A stretch of 64,000 nt of DNA, taken from NCBI GenBank assembly GCA_038087875.1, contig CM075989.1:18600001-18664000 (forward strand), read 5' to 3'. The notes under the pieces are model-generated. The model made no database searches, was not told the DNA's origin, and was given only the letters and a program-made list of their open reading frames with translations. Positions within the stretch are counted from its first letter, which is position 1, and each line of letters opens with the position of its first letter. This stretch comes from Malacoraja senta. Its lineage: Eukaryota. The translations under genes and the position numbers were made by a program. Below, piece after piece: positions 36,761 through 49,783 of the stretch.

Positions 36761-36967
36761 ATATTCCACCAGCACTAGCTGGAACAGCTTTCAACATCGA
36801 AGAAGGTGGTGGAAATTTTGTCGTTCATTGGCTGAACAACAAAGAGCTCCATTTTACATCCTCTATTGAAATATTCATGGAGCATCTAAGGAAACTCACA
36901 GATCAACAGATGGATGATGAGTTCGACATTGCCAGTCAGAATGGATTGAGATTGAAACTAGATACTG
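36761..36967 (+). CDS. DMXL2: DMXL2 exon 10 (IPPALAGTAFN...FVVHWLNNKELHFTSS...LKLDT)
   Basis: cag|AT...G|gtgagc, 207 nt, phase 1-1. Confidence 0.92.
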
Positions 36968-38599
36968 GTGAGCATAGCAAGTTGTGTTGTACATTGTGCA
37001 TAATTTGATCTATAGTACGATTTGTTCTCTCTAAGAAATGTATTTGATGATGTTGGATAAGACATTGGCCTAAAATTTTGTTTTGTTTCTGTCCATGCAC
37101 TTGCCCACCAAGGGAGACCTTTATGGGTATGGGCCACACAACCAATGGCCATGCTGATTTGGATTTGGTTGTCTTAATGTTGCTCTCGCAAAATTTCCAA
37201 ACTTGGTTCTTACCAGAAAATTGCAAAAGAATCGTGCAATATATTGTGCATGTTCTATGAGAAATCAAATAAGTTTAAGAAAGGAATCTCGTGGTTAATT
37301 AAAATACATCATAAAGTGGGAACGGAAGGGGCACTTTTTTAAATAATGTGAACAAGAATGGAAAACTTTTTTTTGTGAACTACATAATTTCTATTGATTG
37401 GTTAAAGTTGCTCCCAGTCCTTTCACAACTATTATTGCTTGTGTTTGCAATGTTATTTGGTCAGAAGTAATCATCAATAAAGTGTCTCTATATTCCCACG
37501 TAATGCATAACTTAAACTTTAGCTGAGCATCCCCTGGTTATTAATCTATCACTCATTTTCTGGGCCAGGTAACTTGGTGATCCTGTGAGTTCTGAGTTAT
37601 TCTTAATGCTTTCATCTCGTATTCCATGGCAGTAGTTTGGCCAAGCCTGTAGTGCAACAATCACGAGCCTCTTTTGCTTTCATGCTCTCATGGCCTAGAG
37701 CTGGATGTTCAATATTCTTGCCCTGCATGATTCAATGATCAAACTGAATGCATGGAGTTTTCAGTAGAAGTAAGAGCTAAAATGCTAGTAGGGAAGCAAA
37801 CAATCTTATAAATAATTTTGAACACATTATTTTCAAACTTTATTGCTTGAAATTAGAAAATTTAATGTTTTGAATGCAATATTAAGTCTTGATGGAGTAA
37901 TAGAAATGTAGAAAAGATATCCTAGATCTGGCAGAAGATTTGCACTCAAAACCCCTGGGAGTAAATGGTAGGATTTACATTTTATTAATCTGAATGCTGT
38001 GTTTGAAGATGCTTAATATAAGTGATTAAGGACAGAGCCTACATCATCAAATGCCATCTCTGAACTGCATCACAAACCTCAAAAACGATTCGGTTCACCA
38101 TTCCTATCACTCATCTTCCAACTGTCTTTGTCAATCAGGATCTGTACATATGTTCATATGCTTTGCTCAGCTCTCTCTCACTTAAACCACTATTGCAAAC
38201 TCCTGCCACGAATATCACAGCTTGCACACATCCAGTTATCTAACCAACCATCCAAGCCACGCAACCTATTTTGCAACACTCGCTGAATAAGGACCTCTTC
38301 CCTAATATCCAAACATATCAAAGCCAGCATGCTATCTGTAGCAGAAGTTGCCAAGCATGCCATAAAAAAAAAAATATGATTTTGTTGGACATTGCTGATT
38401 TTTTTGCATCTGCTGCTGCAGCCGTTCAAGATAATTGCAGCAAATTCTTCAACACATCCTACTTTACCTTCTTTCACAGACTTTTCTGATATATCTACAT
38501 CAGAAGCACGCACTTCTCACTTACCCCATTCCTTGTCCCCTTCAGACTGCCAGGAACTGCTGCCTGGCCAAAGAATGTAGGCACAGTGACTTGATTCAC

Positions 38600-39100
38600 A
38601 CTTGCAACTTATAGTCAGATAGGCACGGCATGTCATTTCAGATATATTACGAAGATGATGAGACTATGGAAATGAAGCTTTACAGCTATGGCAGACGCAA
38701 AGCTAATCTGAATGTTAATGTTGCAGAGAGTAAGGTCATGCAGGATGCACTTTGGCCAACCCTAATGAGGATTTTAATGGAGTAGTCTACAAAAAAAAGT
38801 GTGAGGTATGTCAACCTAAATGCTTGGTGTTGAGAGGCCAGCCAGTAGGTGTTTCCTCCATATCAAGGAGTGTGAAGTTCAATTCAGAGCATGGAATCTA
38901 TCCCATGCAGCGTGAAAGTGGTGGTGAACTCAGTTTGTGTACCAGTGAACTTACTTGTGAAACATTGCTGAAGTCTGATTGCTGAAGTTGAAAATTCCCA
39001 TGCCATACAAATAGTAGCCACCAAATGTCTGACTTCTAGATTGTTGCAGAGCGTTTGGTCAGTAGCATGCATATGACCTCCTGGTTCTCCAATCCTGAAG
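38600..39100 (+). mobile_element. Possible ancient LINE RT relic
   Basis: YEDD- and NLNVNVAESKVM-like remnants only. Confidence 0.25.
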
Positions 39101-39884
39101 GGTCATCTTCTACGGCTACTGTGGGTACACCAGTGGTTCAGATTTCAGTGAAGCTCCTTTAAACATGTCTTTAATTCTTCATTGAGACAGAATAGGGCAT
39201 TTGTTCACTGATCACATTAGGCAGTTATGGCTTGGAGTGCCTTCCTCTTCCTCGCCGCCTCCCTCCGAGCAGATTGTTTTCTTTGCACATCCTCTATTTA
39301 CACATATAATGCAGTATTCCAAAATATATCCAAACTAGTGAATGGATTATGCATGCCTTGAATGTCCTTCATTATTTTCACATAATTTTCCTTGTACAAT
39401 AATTCATCTTTACATAATGACAAAAAGCCCAAAGCAATTATAGAATTGAAGCATCAGCCAGTAGAAGTCAACTAGCAATCGATGAGTAAATAGTTGATCA
39501 TTCCATTAAACAGCAGCGGTTGGAGTCTTGCTTGCAGCTTAATATGTATTCAGCAGTGCAAAGTGAAGTGAGGTGCATGAACTTGAAATGGAACTCGTAT
39601 GGTTGTGTTGATGTAAAATCACTTCTTCCACACAGTTGACATGGTAATCTGCCTGCTCTGCATACTATGGATGACTGTTTCATTATAGAAATTTGGCAAT
39701 TCACAGCAGAAGTGCGCATCAAACTATTTTGACTCCCAAATAACAATCACTTGCTTTGTACATCATGTTGGACGTGGTTTAAAAATAAATGGAATCAATG
39801 AAAATATTTACATTTTTATTATATTGTCAACGTTTTTTTTTTACAGCAGTAATTCCAGATTTTAGAGCAGTATTAAAGTTCCCC

Positions 39885-40350
39885 TAATAAGTTCATAGGT
39901 CTAGGAGCAGAATTAGGCCATTCGGCCCATTGAGTCTACACTGGCGTTCAATCATGGTTGACCTATCTTTCTCTCACGGCATCATTCACCTGTCTTCTCC
40001 CCATAACCTTGATGCCCTTGCTAATCAAGAATCTGTCAATCTCTGCCTTAAAATACTTTTTTACCTTTCATCACAGTGAGGAAGTGCCTGGAGGAGAGTC
40101 ACTATGGTGGATGATTGTCTTAATTGTGTGTTTTATTGCTTTTTTACTGTTATGACTGCATGGTGACGAAATTTTGTTTGAACTTGTTTTTGAATAACAA
40201 TGACAAATACTCAAAAAATAAAGAAATTCAAATTAAATTCAAAAGTACCAAATGACTTGGCCTCCACAGTTGTCTGTGGCAATGAATTCCACAGATTCAC
40301 CACCCTCAGACTAAAGACATTTCTCCTCATCTCCTTTCAAAAGGTACAAT
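39885..40350 (-). mobile_element. CR1 3' fragment interrupted at about 40060-40245 by sequence related to the 24665 element
   Basis: CR1 UTR on both sides; insert resembles 25095-25200. Confidence 0.6.
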
Positions 40351-40470
40351 GTTTCAGATTGTTGAACGCATTACAGATCGAAACAGCACATAAATGTTTA
40401 GTGAAAAGTGCACTGAGCTTGTCTGAAATCCTGTGTTGAGTAAAACTGGTTTATCTCAATTCTGTCACAG

Positions 40471-40733
40471 AACCAGAAGAGACTTCAGAGAAGGGATCAG
40501 AATATGAATCTGAAGAGGCTGAACAAGATGGGAGAACCAAAGTATCTTCACTGTCCTATGCTGGAGTTCCACTGCCCACCATTTTGCTCGATCGAAATAT
40601 TGAAACGCTGCAAACCGAGTGGAACAAGAATGCTGATATGCTGTTTACAATCCATCCTATAGATGGTTCATTTTTGGTGTGGCATGTGAAGTATTTGGAT
40701 GAGTACCATCCTGGAATATTTAGACAAGTCCAG
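40471..40733 (+). CDS. DMXL2: DMXL2 exon 11 (...PLPTILLDRNIETLQTEWNKNADMLFTIHP...GIFRQVQ)
   Basis: cag|AA...CAG|gtacag, 263 nt, phase 1-0. Confidence 0.93.
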
Positions 40734-41449
40734 GTACAGACAAAAGACCTTAAATTATATTTTATATATTAAATAGAAGTAGTCAAGGTTTAAAAAAAAA
40801 AAATGTGTTCAGATGAAATTTAATGATACTACTTGGAAATATAATCAAATTTAGCCATGAGTTTTGCATCTATACTCATTAAAACATGTAATGATTTATT
40901 ATGAGCAAGCAAATTCTCTGCTGTCTAATATAGTCAATGTTTGGTTTGAAACTTGTGGAAACATTTTCACTTAAATCGATTTCTATAAGAAATTATGAAT
41001 CAATTTGTGATTACAATCCCACATTTCCTGTCTATTTATAAACTTGTATACATAGAAAGAAAGACATACCTATCTTTTTGCACTGTAATAATTGCATATC
41101 CTGAGTGGAAATATCTCAAAAGCTACCTCGTTCCTGAAAACTCTGGGCCTTGCTATTATCATTGGCCCAATTTTAATTTTATGAATGAGTCCATCTCTTT
41201 CTCTTTTTATCTTTCCACCTCCTATCTCAGCCAAAAAAATTAATTTAATGTTACTATTTTTCAAACATGCATCAAAAATAAATTCTGAGGTGATCAGTCT
41301 AATTCCAAAAGACTATTTTGTAATTTAGTAACATGTAACTTCTTAGGCCCAGATAACTGCATCTTTTGTTCCCGATTTCTAAATAATGCTCTGCATTAGT
41401 TCCTTCAGAAAGTTCAAACCAAGTGCTTGCATGTGTGAAGTTTTATCCA

Positions 41450-41810
41450 ATGTTAGAGGTATATAAAATCATGAAAGGAATAGATGGGGTAAATGCACAG
41501 AATGTTTTCCCCAACGTAGGGGAATCTAAAACTAGAGAGCATAAGTTTAACATGAGATGGGGAAGGTTTAATAGGAACCTGAGGGGCAACGTATTCATGC
41601 AGAGGGTGCTGCATATATGGAATGAGCTGCCAGAGGAAGTAGTTGAAGATACAATAACATTTGAAAGGCATTTGGATATATACATGGATAGGAAAGTTTT
41701 TAGAGGGATATGGGACAAACACAGGCAAATGGGACGAACTAAGGCGAGGCATCTTGGTCGGCATGGATGAGTTGGGCCGAATTGCCTATTTCCATGCTGT
41801 TTGACTCTGA
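41450..41810 (+). mobile_element. CR1 3' fragment
   Basis: LEVYKIMKGID...TREHKF...QRVLHIWNELPEEVVE. Confidence 0.85.
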
Positions 41811-42424
41811 CTATAACTCTACATGCCCATAAAGCGTAAATGCGTTGTGCATAATGATGATATGATAGTATTGGGTGCCAAGTCATTGCTTTCTTTATTT
41901 TGTCCTCGGGCAGAGTTCAACTAATAAACTTATAACTTTCAGTTGCAGCTTTCAAAAGTTGAATCCTCATAAAAGTTGAATCCTTTGGCCAGGAGAAGTT
42001 ATCATTTCTTATTTTTTCCATGGTGTGAGAATGTATTTAATTCTTATATAAATTGAATCATATAAATCTTACCTTAGCAATCTTGTGGACAATGAACACA
42101 TTTCTGCGTATTCATTCATAAAGTTTTTCCAACTGAGATAATGTCAGCTGCAGATATAAATGCTGAGCAAAGTAATTTGCTCATTTGGATGTCGAAACAA
42201 AAAAATTAATTTGCTGGTTTAGAAATCTTCTGACCATTTTATGTATGTTTTGCTCAGAGCCACTAACTCTTCTGGTCAGTTTGGTTCCCTTGTGGGTTCT
42301 TTGGTCACCTCTTAATGCTTTTATTATGTCAGGAGGTTTATTGTAAATTGTTGTTTTTTCTAGGCAGGATCATTTTCAAATTCTGTTGAAGTAGGAAAAA
42401 TATCTAATTCTTTTTGTATTTTAG

Positions 42425-43079
42425 GTTGCATTTTCATCACGGATTCCTGTTGCTTTTCCTACTGGTGATGCCAACTCGCTCAGCAGAAATATAATGATGT
42501 ATGCATGCACTGCCACAAATGCTAAACACCAACCCGATAATGATTCAAAAATTAATGGATTGACCCATTGTTTGAATGGTTCAAAATTAAATATTGCCAT
42601 TCCATCAGTTATGATGATTTCAAAACACATTGACGGATCGCTAAATCAATGGGCAGTAACTTTTGCTGAAGAATCTGCCTTTAGCACTGTTCTGATTGTG
42701 TCTCACAAGTTCAGATATTGTGGCCATCGTTTTCACCTAAATGACTTGGCTTGCCATTCAGTGCTGCCCTTGCTGTTGACTTCTTCACATCACAATGCTC
42801 TCATGACTCCCGAAATTGACGTTGTTAAAGAAAAAATTAAGGTAGAACCTGTGAAATCCTTAAAAGGCCCAAGAGCACAACAGGTTAAAAATGCTGCCAC
42901 ACGGACATTTCACGATCCTAATGCCATCTACAGCGAACTGATTCTATGGCGTATGGACCCAATAGGACCATTATCGTATTCTGGGGGTGTTTCAGAGTTG
43001 GCACGTATCAATTCCCTGCACACTTCAGCCTTTTCAAATGTGGCCTGGCTTCCAACATTGATTCCGAGCTACTGCCTTG
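42425..43079 (+). CDS. DMXL2: DMXL2 exon 12 (VAFSSRIPVAFP...YCGHRFHLNDLACH...AWLPTLIPSYCL)
   Basis: tag|GTT...G|gtgagt, 655 nt, phase 0-1; overlaps ORF 42494-43099. Confidence 0.96.
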
Positions 43080-44141
43080 GTGAGTTTGATTCACGCTAGT
43101 TTTGATGTAGGTCAAGCATAGAATTTGTAAACCAGCACTAGCAGTTCATTGTGTCTATATAATCAGAGTGGTTGTTTGTGCCACATTAGTCAAAAACTAA
43201 TTGAATCTTGTAACAAGTTAATTAAATCTTGGTAAAACAGAAAATCTGTTGTAAAATTAGACCCCAAAGCCCTTTTAGAACGTTTTACTTGTCGACCCTT
43301 TGGGTATTACTTTCCCTCACTAACTGTATGCATCAGGATAATGTCAGTTTGTAACTTTGCATTTTCTTGAAGTTGGGTATGTATACACTTTTTAGTTAAT
43401 AAACATCTGGATATTATGAGAATATCTTTCATCAAGATCCAACAGACCTCGAGAGAAAACACAAAAAAAGGTTGTAGCCACCAAAATCAAAGCAACATAA
43501 TGTACAGAAAGTTCCCACATTATAAACATTTCCAAGCCAGGTATGCTTGTAAGATTCTTCTGACAGGTGTTATGTTGTGGACTTGTATCCAAAGGAAATT
43601 GGGTCGTGATATCCAAGAATATTTTGTGTAAAGCTAGATTCCGTGATTTAAGACTGGATTCTATTCTGGATCCTAAAGACTAAAAGATAGTGTAGGCATC
43701 CCCACGGTGTCATCTAGTCCCAATGTGTCCATGTAGTATAAATGGACAAACAAAGATTGGTGCAAGCAAGAATTATTAATATTAATTTCATTTGTTAAAG
43801 CAATGTCTCAAAAACATCGCCCAAGGAATTATGTTTCAGGAATTTTTCTTGGCTGTTGACTGTTTCCTTATCTTGTAAATATAACATTTGTCATTAGTAA
43901 TATTGAAATTGTGCATTTGTAGCAAACCCGTTGGTGTTATGCCATAACTGATGTTACTTGTTCATTGACTACAACCAGGAATGTTGTTTCTGTCTAATAC
44001 ATAAGGATGGAACAGCATTTGTTCTGTTACTGAACTGGTAATGCAGAAACCTGATGAGAGCATCAATTGAAATCCCATCCCATCAACTGGAGAAGTTACA
44101 TTTTATGGGAATTAAAAAGTAATTGTGGTCAAGAAAGTATT

Positions 44142-44355
44142 GTTTAGTTTAGGGATACAGTGGGGAAACAGACCCTTCGGCCCGCCGGGTCGACGCCAAC
44201 CAACAATCCCCGCACATTAACACTATTCTACACACACTAGGAACAATTTACACATACACCAAGCTAATTAGCCTACATACCTGCATGTCTTTGGAGTGTG
44301 GGAGAGAACCGAAGATCTTGGAGAAAACCCACGCGGTCACGGGGAGAACGTACAA
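44142..44355 (-). mobile_element. V-SINE (HE1-like) fragment
   Basis: Similar to 18458-18670. Confidence 0.8.
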
Positions 44356-44667
44356 GTTATGTCCTTTTCATAACTTATGAACCATTATATTTAAAGGAAC
44401 GTTCAACATCTTTGCAAATAGGTTCTATGTGAATACAATTGTGAATTACTTTCCATCTTTCCCTAGTTATTCAGAACAACATTTAAATGTTCAAGCAAAC
44501 ATTTACTCAATGTTGGCTAACAACACCCATTGTTTCACCCTCTTAATATAAAAGGCACCATTAGTGCCAGGCTAAATATTACATTGCATTATTTGCTGTG
44601 AAATTTTTAACAATCAATAGCATAAATAATAATGAAATTATTGTTATTATTCCATTTTATCTTTTAG

Positions 44668-44789
44668 GCACATACTGCAACTCTGCCAGTGCTTGCTTTG
44701 TTGCTTCTGATGGTCAGAATCTCAGACTCTACCAGGCTGTTGTTGATGCTAGGAAACTTCTGGATGAACTGTCTGATCCAGAAATATCG
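44668..44789 (+). CDS. DMXL2: DMXL2 exon 13 (TYCNSASACFVASDG...LLDELSDPEIS)
   Basis: tag|GC...TCG|gtgagt, 122 nt, phase 1-0. Confidence 0.95.
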
Positions 44790-45659
44790 GTGAGTTAATG
44801 ACCGTGAAATTGAAAGAAATTGAATTAATGTCATCATAACCGACATTATAAGATGTTTCTTAAATAATTTTAATCATATGACTAGTTTTGTGATTTTTTT
44901 TAAAAAATGTAAAAGAAATGGGTATTGGGAGGACTGAGAAATTTTGGAAGATGTGGATTTTAAGACAAATAAGGTGAGGAAACTGGGATGACAATTATTT
45001 ACGAGGGGAAATGTGGTATCATGGAGACCTAGAGCTACATGGCATGGAAATAGGCCCTTAGGCCCACTTTGTCCCTGTTGACCAAATGGGCATTCTGGGC
45101 TAGTCCCATTTCCCTGCATTTGGCTCATAGCCCTCTATAACCTTCCTATCCAAATTTCTGTCCAAAAGTCTTTTGAAAGCCATGATTGGAAAGTGGAGTC
45201 GTGGTTACTAATGGTTTGACAAGGTTGAGGAAAACCAGGGTTACAGCAATAAAGAGCTGGACTGGGGAGGCGAGAATAGGGGTGTTAATGTAGAAATGTA
45301 AACATTCATAACGTATTTTAAATTTTAGATGATATTGTTGGCTTTGGAATCCATGAAGGTCCGAGGCCAATAGATATAGGTAAATGGGACTTACTGAATG
45401 TTAAAGTACACAGATAGAGTTTTTGTACGCCAGGAAGGAGAACCCTGGCATTATAAAGTAGAAATGTAACTAAACCATGGATAAGGATCTCGGTAGTTTA
45501 TTCACAGAATTAGGTCTGAGAATATGAATTCTATAAAATTCAGCAATATATAATTTTTTTTAACGAAGCCCTTGTCATTATTTTTGCATTGGATACGTTG
45601 TGTTGGATTTTTGCATTGGATACTGCTGCATTTGATATTTTATTACATCATTTTTGCAG

Positions 45660-45749
45660 AAACTTGTTGGTGAAGTATTCAACATAGTAAGCCAGCAATC
45701 AACAGCTCGTCCCGGTTGCATTATTGAACTGGATGTAATAACTGCTCAG
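45660..45749 (+). CDS. DMXL2: DMXL2 exon 14 (KLVGEVFNIVSQQSTARPGCIIELDVITAQ)
   Basis: cag|AAA...CAG|gttaga, 90 nt, phase 0-0. Confidence 0.94.
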
Positions 45750-46169
45750 GTTAGAAATTTGGACGTGTGAAATATGATGTGGATTTTACCTTTTTGTTTG
45801 TGTTAGAACTTCAAATTTACCCTCTTTGCCATCAATGCTAGAGAAATAATCAAATTGTAAATATAATGTAATAGCTCATCTAAATACTTAAAAGCTATGA
45901 GAGTCTCTGTCTTCAGTATCATTCTTCAGTGCATTCCAAATTCAAACAATGCTCTGTGGAAAACAATTGTCCACTTAAACTTTGCATGTACTTACTTTTT
46001 TTCCTTTTTGACCAAATTTACAATCTCTTTGGTCATCCAAGGTTCCCTTATTTTGGCATCCGTATCCCTCCTCTCCCACAGGTCAAATGTAGACTTGCCC
46101 AAACTGCTCCCTCCCGAGCTCCTGCCTAATAACTTTGTCGTTTACCTTATTCCAATATAGCATCTTCCC

Positions 46170-46950
46170 GCAAGTTCCAGCCTTTTCTCCATTCACAAAA
46201 TCTTAAAGCTTATGGAGTTCTGAACACGATCCCTAAAATGCTCTTCCACTGTAACACCAGTCTCCTGATCAGGCTCATTTCCCGACACAAAGTTCAGTAT
46301 GTTCCCTTCTAGGGTTGGACTATCCATATTCTATTTCAAGAGATCTTCTTAAATACACCTCATAAGTTCTGCCCCATCTAAGCCTTTGGCAACGAGCAAG
46401 TCCCAGTCAATATTGGGGAAGTTAAAGTCACCCACTAAGACAATCCTGTTGCTTTGGCATATTTTGGTAATCTGTCTACATATCTGTTCCTCTATCATTT
46501 GCTATTAGGGAGCATATAGTACAATCCCATTAGAGTCCTTGTACCTTTCTTTATCGCCTCAGTGGACAAACCCTGCAATAGGTCCTCTTTGAGTGCAGCC
46601 TTGGCAGTCTCCCTGATTAGCAGTGCAACTCCTCCACCTCTTTTGCCTCCCTCTGGATCACATCTGAAACATCAAAACCTGCCAGTCGTGTCCCTCTCGC
46701 AACCATGTTTCAACAATGGACGCAATATCCTAGTCCCAAGCACCAATCCCGGCTCTAAGTTCTTCTGCCCTATCTTCATAATACTTCTGCCCTATCTTCT
46801 TATCCCTACCCTCACTAGCACTTGACATTGGGAGTAATCCCATTACCATCCTCAGTGTCCTGCTTTTTAATCTTCCGCCTAACATCCTATATTCACTTTA
46901 CAGGATCTCATCCCTTTTCCTACTTACGTCATTAGCGCTAATGTACACAT
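46170..46950 (-). mobile_element. CR1 ORF2 endonuclease-region relic
   Basis: Minus-strand VGDFNFPNI APE motif at about 46410-46436. Confidence 0.65.
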
Positions 46951-47478
46951 TAGAAGCTCTCCCCATAATCGAACATGAAATACAAGTTGAAGGTGGATTA
47001 GTTATTTATTCTTGAGTTCATTGGCAACGGTGAAATTGTAGGATATAGTGTTCGGCGTACATTTTGGCTCACTTTGTGTTCAAAAATTGTGCAAAGTCTG
47101 TTTTCATCATACAGATCATTCTACTTATTATATTTCGCTGCTGGGACTTCACAACGTTGTACAAAACTGACATGTGACCTCTCTCTCCATTATCCTCTTT
47201 CTCTCCCCCCATGCACGTGCAGTCAAGATCATTCCTCCTTTCACTAAAATACCCTGTAAAAAAATGAGTTAATGTTAATTAAAGCTCTAGTATGAGGTTT
47301 CTAGTCATGTATGGAACCTACTGAAGCTCTGAGACCACTTCCATCCAAAGGTCTCATCACTTGGGCTTCACAGTGGATGGAGAATAACTATCCTAATGCG
47401 AAATCTCCAATTTACAAATAAACTGCAGATATTTAATGTGATGTGTTTGACTAAACCCCTGTAATATTACTGTTTCAG

Positions 47479-47596
47479 TGTGGCTCAAACACGCAACTAC
47501 TTCATGTATTCCAAGAAGATTTTATTCTGGGATATAAGCCACTAGAAGAAAAAATTGATAAGGAGCAGGAATTTTCCTCGACTCAACCTGCACAAG
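47479..47596 (+). CDS. DMXL2: DMXL2 exon 15 (CGSNTQLLHVFQEDFILGYKP...)
   Basis: cag|TGT...G|gtatgc, 118 nt, phase 0-1. Confidence 0.94.
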
Positions 47597-48120
47597 GTAT
47601 GCTGGGTCAATTGTAAGGTCTTTTAACTTGGTATGTTTTGACTAAGTACTTAGCTTAAATCTACTCCAATCGATTTTTTATTTCATTTGGGAGTTCTTTT
47701 GCCTCTGATCACTGTCCAGTATTTAATTAGAAAAGGTAAACTGACACAACGGTGCAGTCCCAAGGAACTTTGCACTGTTGTGCTGATGTTGGAGTGAAAA
47801 GAGCTCCTGTTAACTGGACAAAAAGTATCTTGTCGTCTTTCTCAAAATGTCAGAGTACCTAGAAGTGTTTCATTAACTTGTCATTTGTCTTATTTGCTGT
47901 TTCATCTCCTATATTTCTTTCCTTTCTTTGGATAAAACACTTCCTAACACTTGGAGATCATTTCTAGTGATGTAATGCTATATAAATATTCTTTTGTTCT
48001 CCGTCTTCTTATGCTGAATTTTCATATATAATACCCAGGCACAAAGTTTTATCATGCTTTCTCTTATTTCAATGAGAAGATTGGTTGCTTTTTGAATTGT
48101 TTGCATTTCTGTCATTTCAG

Positions 48121-48237
48121 GATACCATGCACCATCATTCTCTGAGAAGTTCTACCTTGTGGTAATAGAACGAGACAAGAGTCAATCTGTTCTTCACATG
48201 TGGCACCTTCATTTGAAGTCTGAACAGCCTCGTATGG
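48121..48237 (+). CDS. DMXL2: DMXL2 exon 16 (YHAPSFSEKFYLVVIE...LHMWHLHLKS)
   Basis: cag|GA...G|gtaggt, 117 nt, phase 1-1. Confidence 0.92.
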
Positions 48238-48393
48238 GTAGGTGTATGAAAGTATCGCACATGGGTTCATTTAAAATTCTGTATGAAATTAGCACTGTCC
48301 CATTGAAGTTGCATAACTAAGAACCTACCAAACTAACTTCATGAACTTCAGACCATAGCAACCAAATTGAGCAAAGAATTGTGGAAAAGTAAT

Positions 48394-48608
48394 GTGCAGG
48401 ACAGAACTGCAGATGCTTGTTTAAATCGAAGATAGACACAAAATGCTGGAGTAACGTAGCAGGACAGGCAGCATCTCTGGTGAGAAGGAATGGGTGATGT
48501 TTCGTGTCGAGACGTCTGAAGAAAGATCTCGACCTGAAACGTCACCCATTCCTTCTCTCCAGAGATGCTGCCTGTCCCGCTGACTTACTCCAGCATTTTG
48601 TGTATATC
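48394..48608. mobile_element. Penelope-like fold-back element
   Basis: Inverted arms around CTGAAGA...GAAACGTC; exact TSD TGTGGAAAAGTAAT at 48380-48393 and 48609-48622. Confidence 0.85.
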
Positions 48609-48759
48609 TGTGGAAAAGTAATATTTGCTTTTATTAATTGTGATTGTTTGCAGGTCAATGGCTTTACTAACTTCTGTGCGCTGGGTGAAATAGTTAAACT
48701 AGATAGGCAATTATTTTATACTTAAAATGCCTTGTCTCGCTCAGCTAAATCACATCCAC

Positions 48760-48900
48760 AAATAAAAACACAAAGTACTAGCGTAACTCAGCTGGGCAGA
48801 CAGTATCACTGGAGAGCACAGTAGGTGACATTTCTGGCTAGGACCCTTCTTCAGACCAGTTTTTTATTTGTAAACCAGCATCGGCGGTTCCTTGCTTCTA
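48760..48900. mobile_element. Older Penelope-like fragment
   Basis: ggtgacatttc...gacccttcttcagacc. Confidence 0.55.
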
Positions 48901-49585
48901 GTATCCATTATTATTATTTTTTAATCTAGCTCATTTCTGTTTTCAATGCAAATACCTTGTTGCACTGGTGTTCGTGGGTGCAGTCCCAGGGATGGGATTG
49001 GGTTGATTCAGTTCATAGGGTTTGCTGCATAAACAAGTAATCGGTTGACAGAAAGCGTGTCCCCAGTAACCTTGGAATGCCACTGCAGTGCAGTAATTTG
49101 CTGAAATTAGAGATTTAACAATATAAGACCGACATTGCAGCAGTGAACCATGCTGTTTGTTCCAGAACTTAATAAAAATTACAAAGATACATTTAAAGAA
49201 TTCTGAGAACACATTCATACACTAAAAATCAATGAAAAACATTATTTGTTTAGTTCAAACTGTTTTTTCCCCCATTCCCTGGGGCGTATTTTTCCCAGAA
49301 ACCGATTTTGCCCATTCATTGGAATGGGGGTGTTGTTTAACCAAACTCAGCTGAGCAGCAAGGAGTCCAGTCAGTGGGGAATCTCTTTGACTTGAGGGGA
49401 GTTCTCTGGAGTAGCATTGGATAGGTACACTGGCACATGTTTGTGTCTGCACCAGGAGCAGGGATAGTTTACAATAGTGATGCTGGATGGTTGAGGAAGC
49501 ATATCTGATGATTAGTAAAAATATTTCAAAGTTGCATTTATTAATTCTTGCATTTCTCTTTCCCTCTCCATAATACTGATGACAG

Positions 49586-49783
49586 AAGTGAGCACATCAG
49601 ATAAACTGCTGACTTTATCAGAAGACAAGAGTTTTGGCTTATCTCCAAATTCGCTACCACGCTCTGCATCAGTCGCAAATCTTCAGACCGCTAGCAAACT
49701 GATACTTAACTCCAAATTAGTTTATAGTCAACAGTTAAATCTGCCTGATGGAGTGGAAGTAATCCGAGCAACGCCTTCTGCAG
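49586..49783 (+). CDS. DMXL2: DMXL2 exon 17 (...SVANLQTASKLILNSKLVYSQ...VIRATPSA); 5' boundary uncertain (49574, 49586 or 49589)
   Basis: First AG after the pyrimidine tract is gacag|AA; donor G|gtaact; 198 nt, phase 1-1. Confidence 0.88.
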
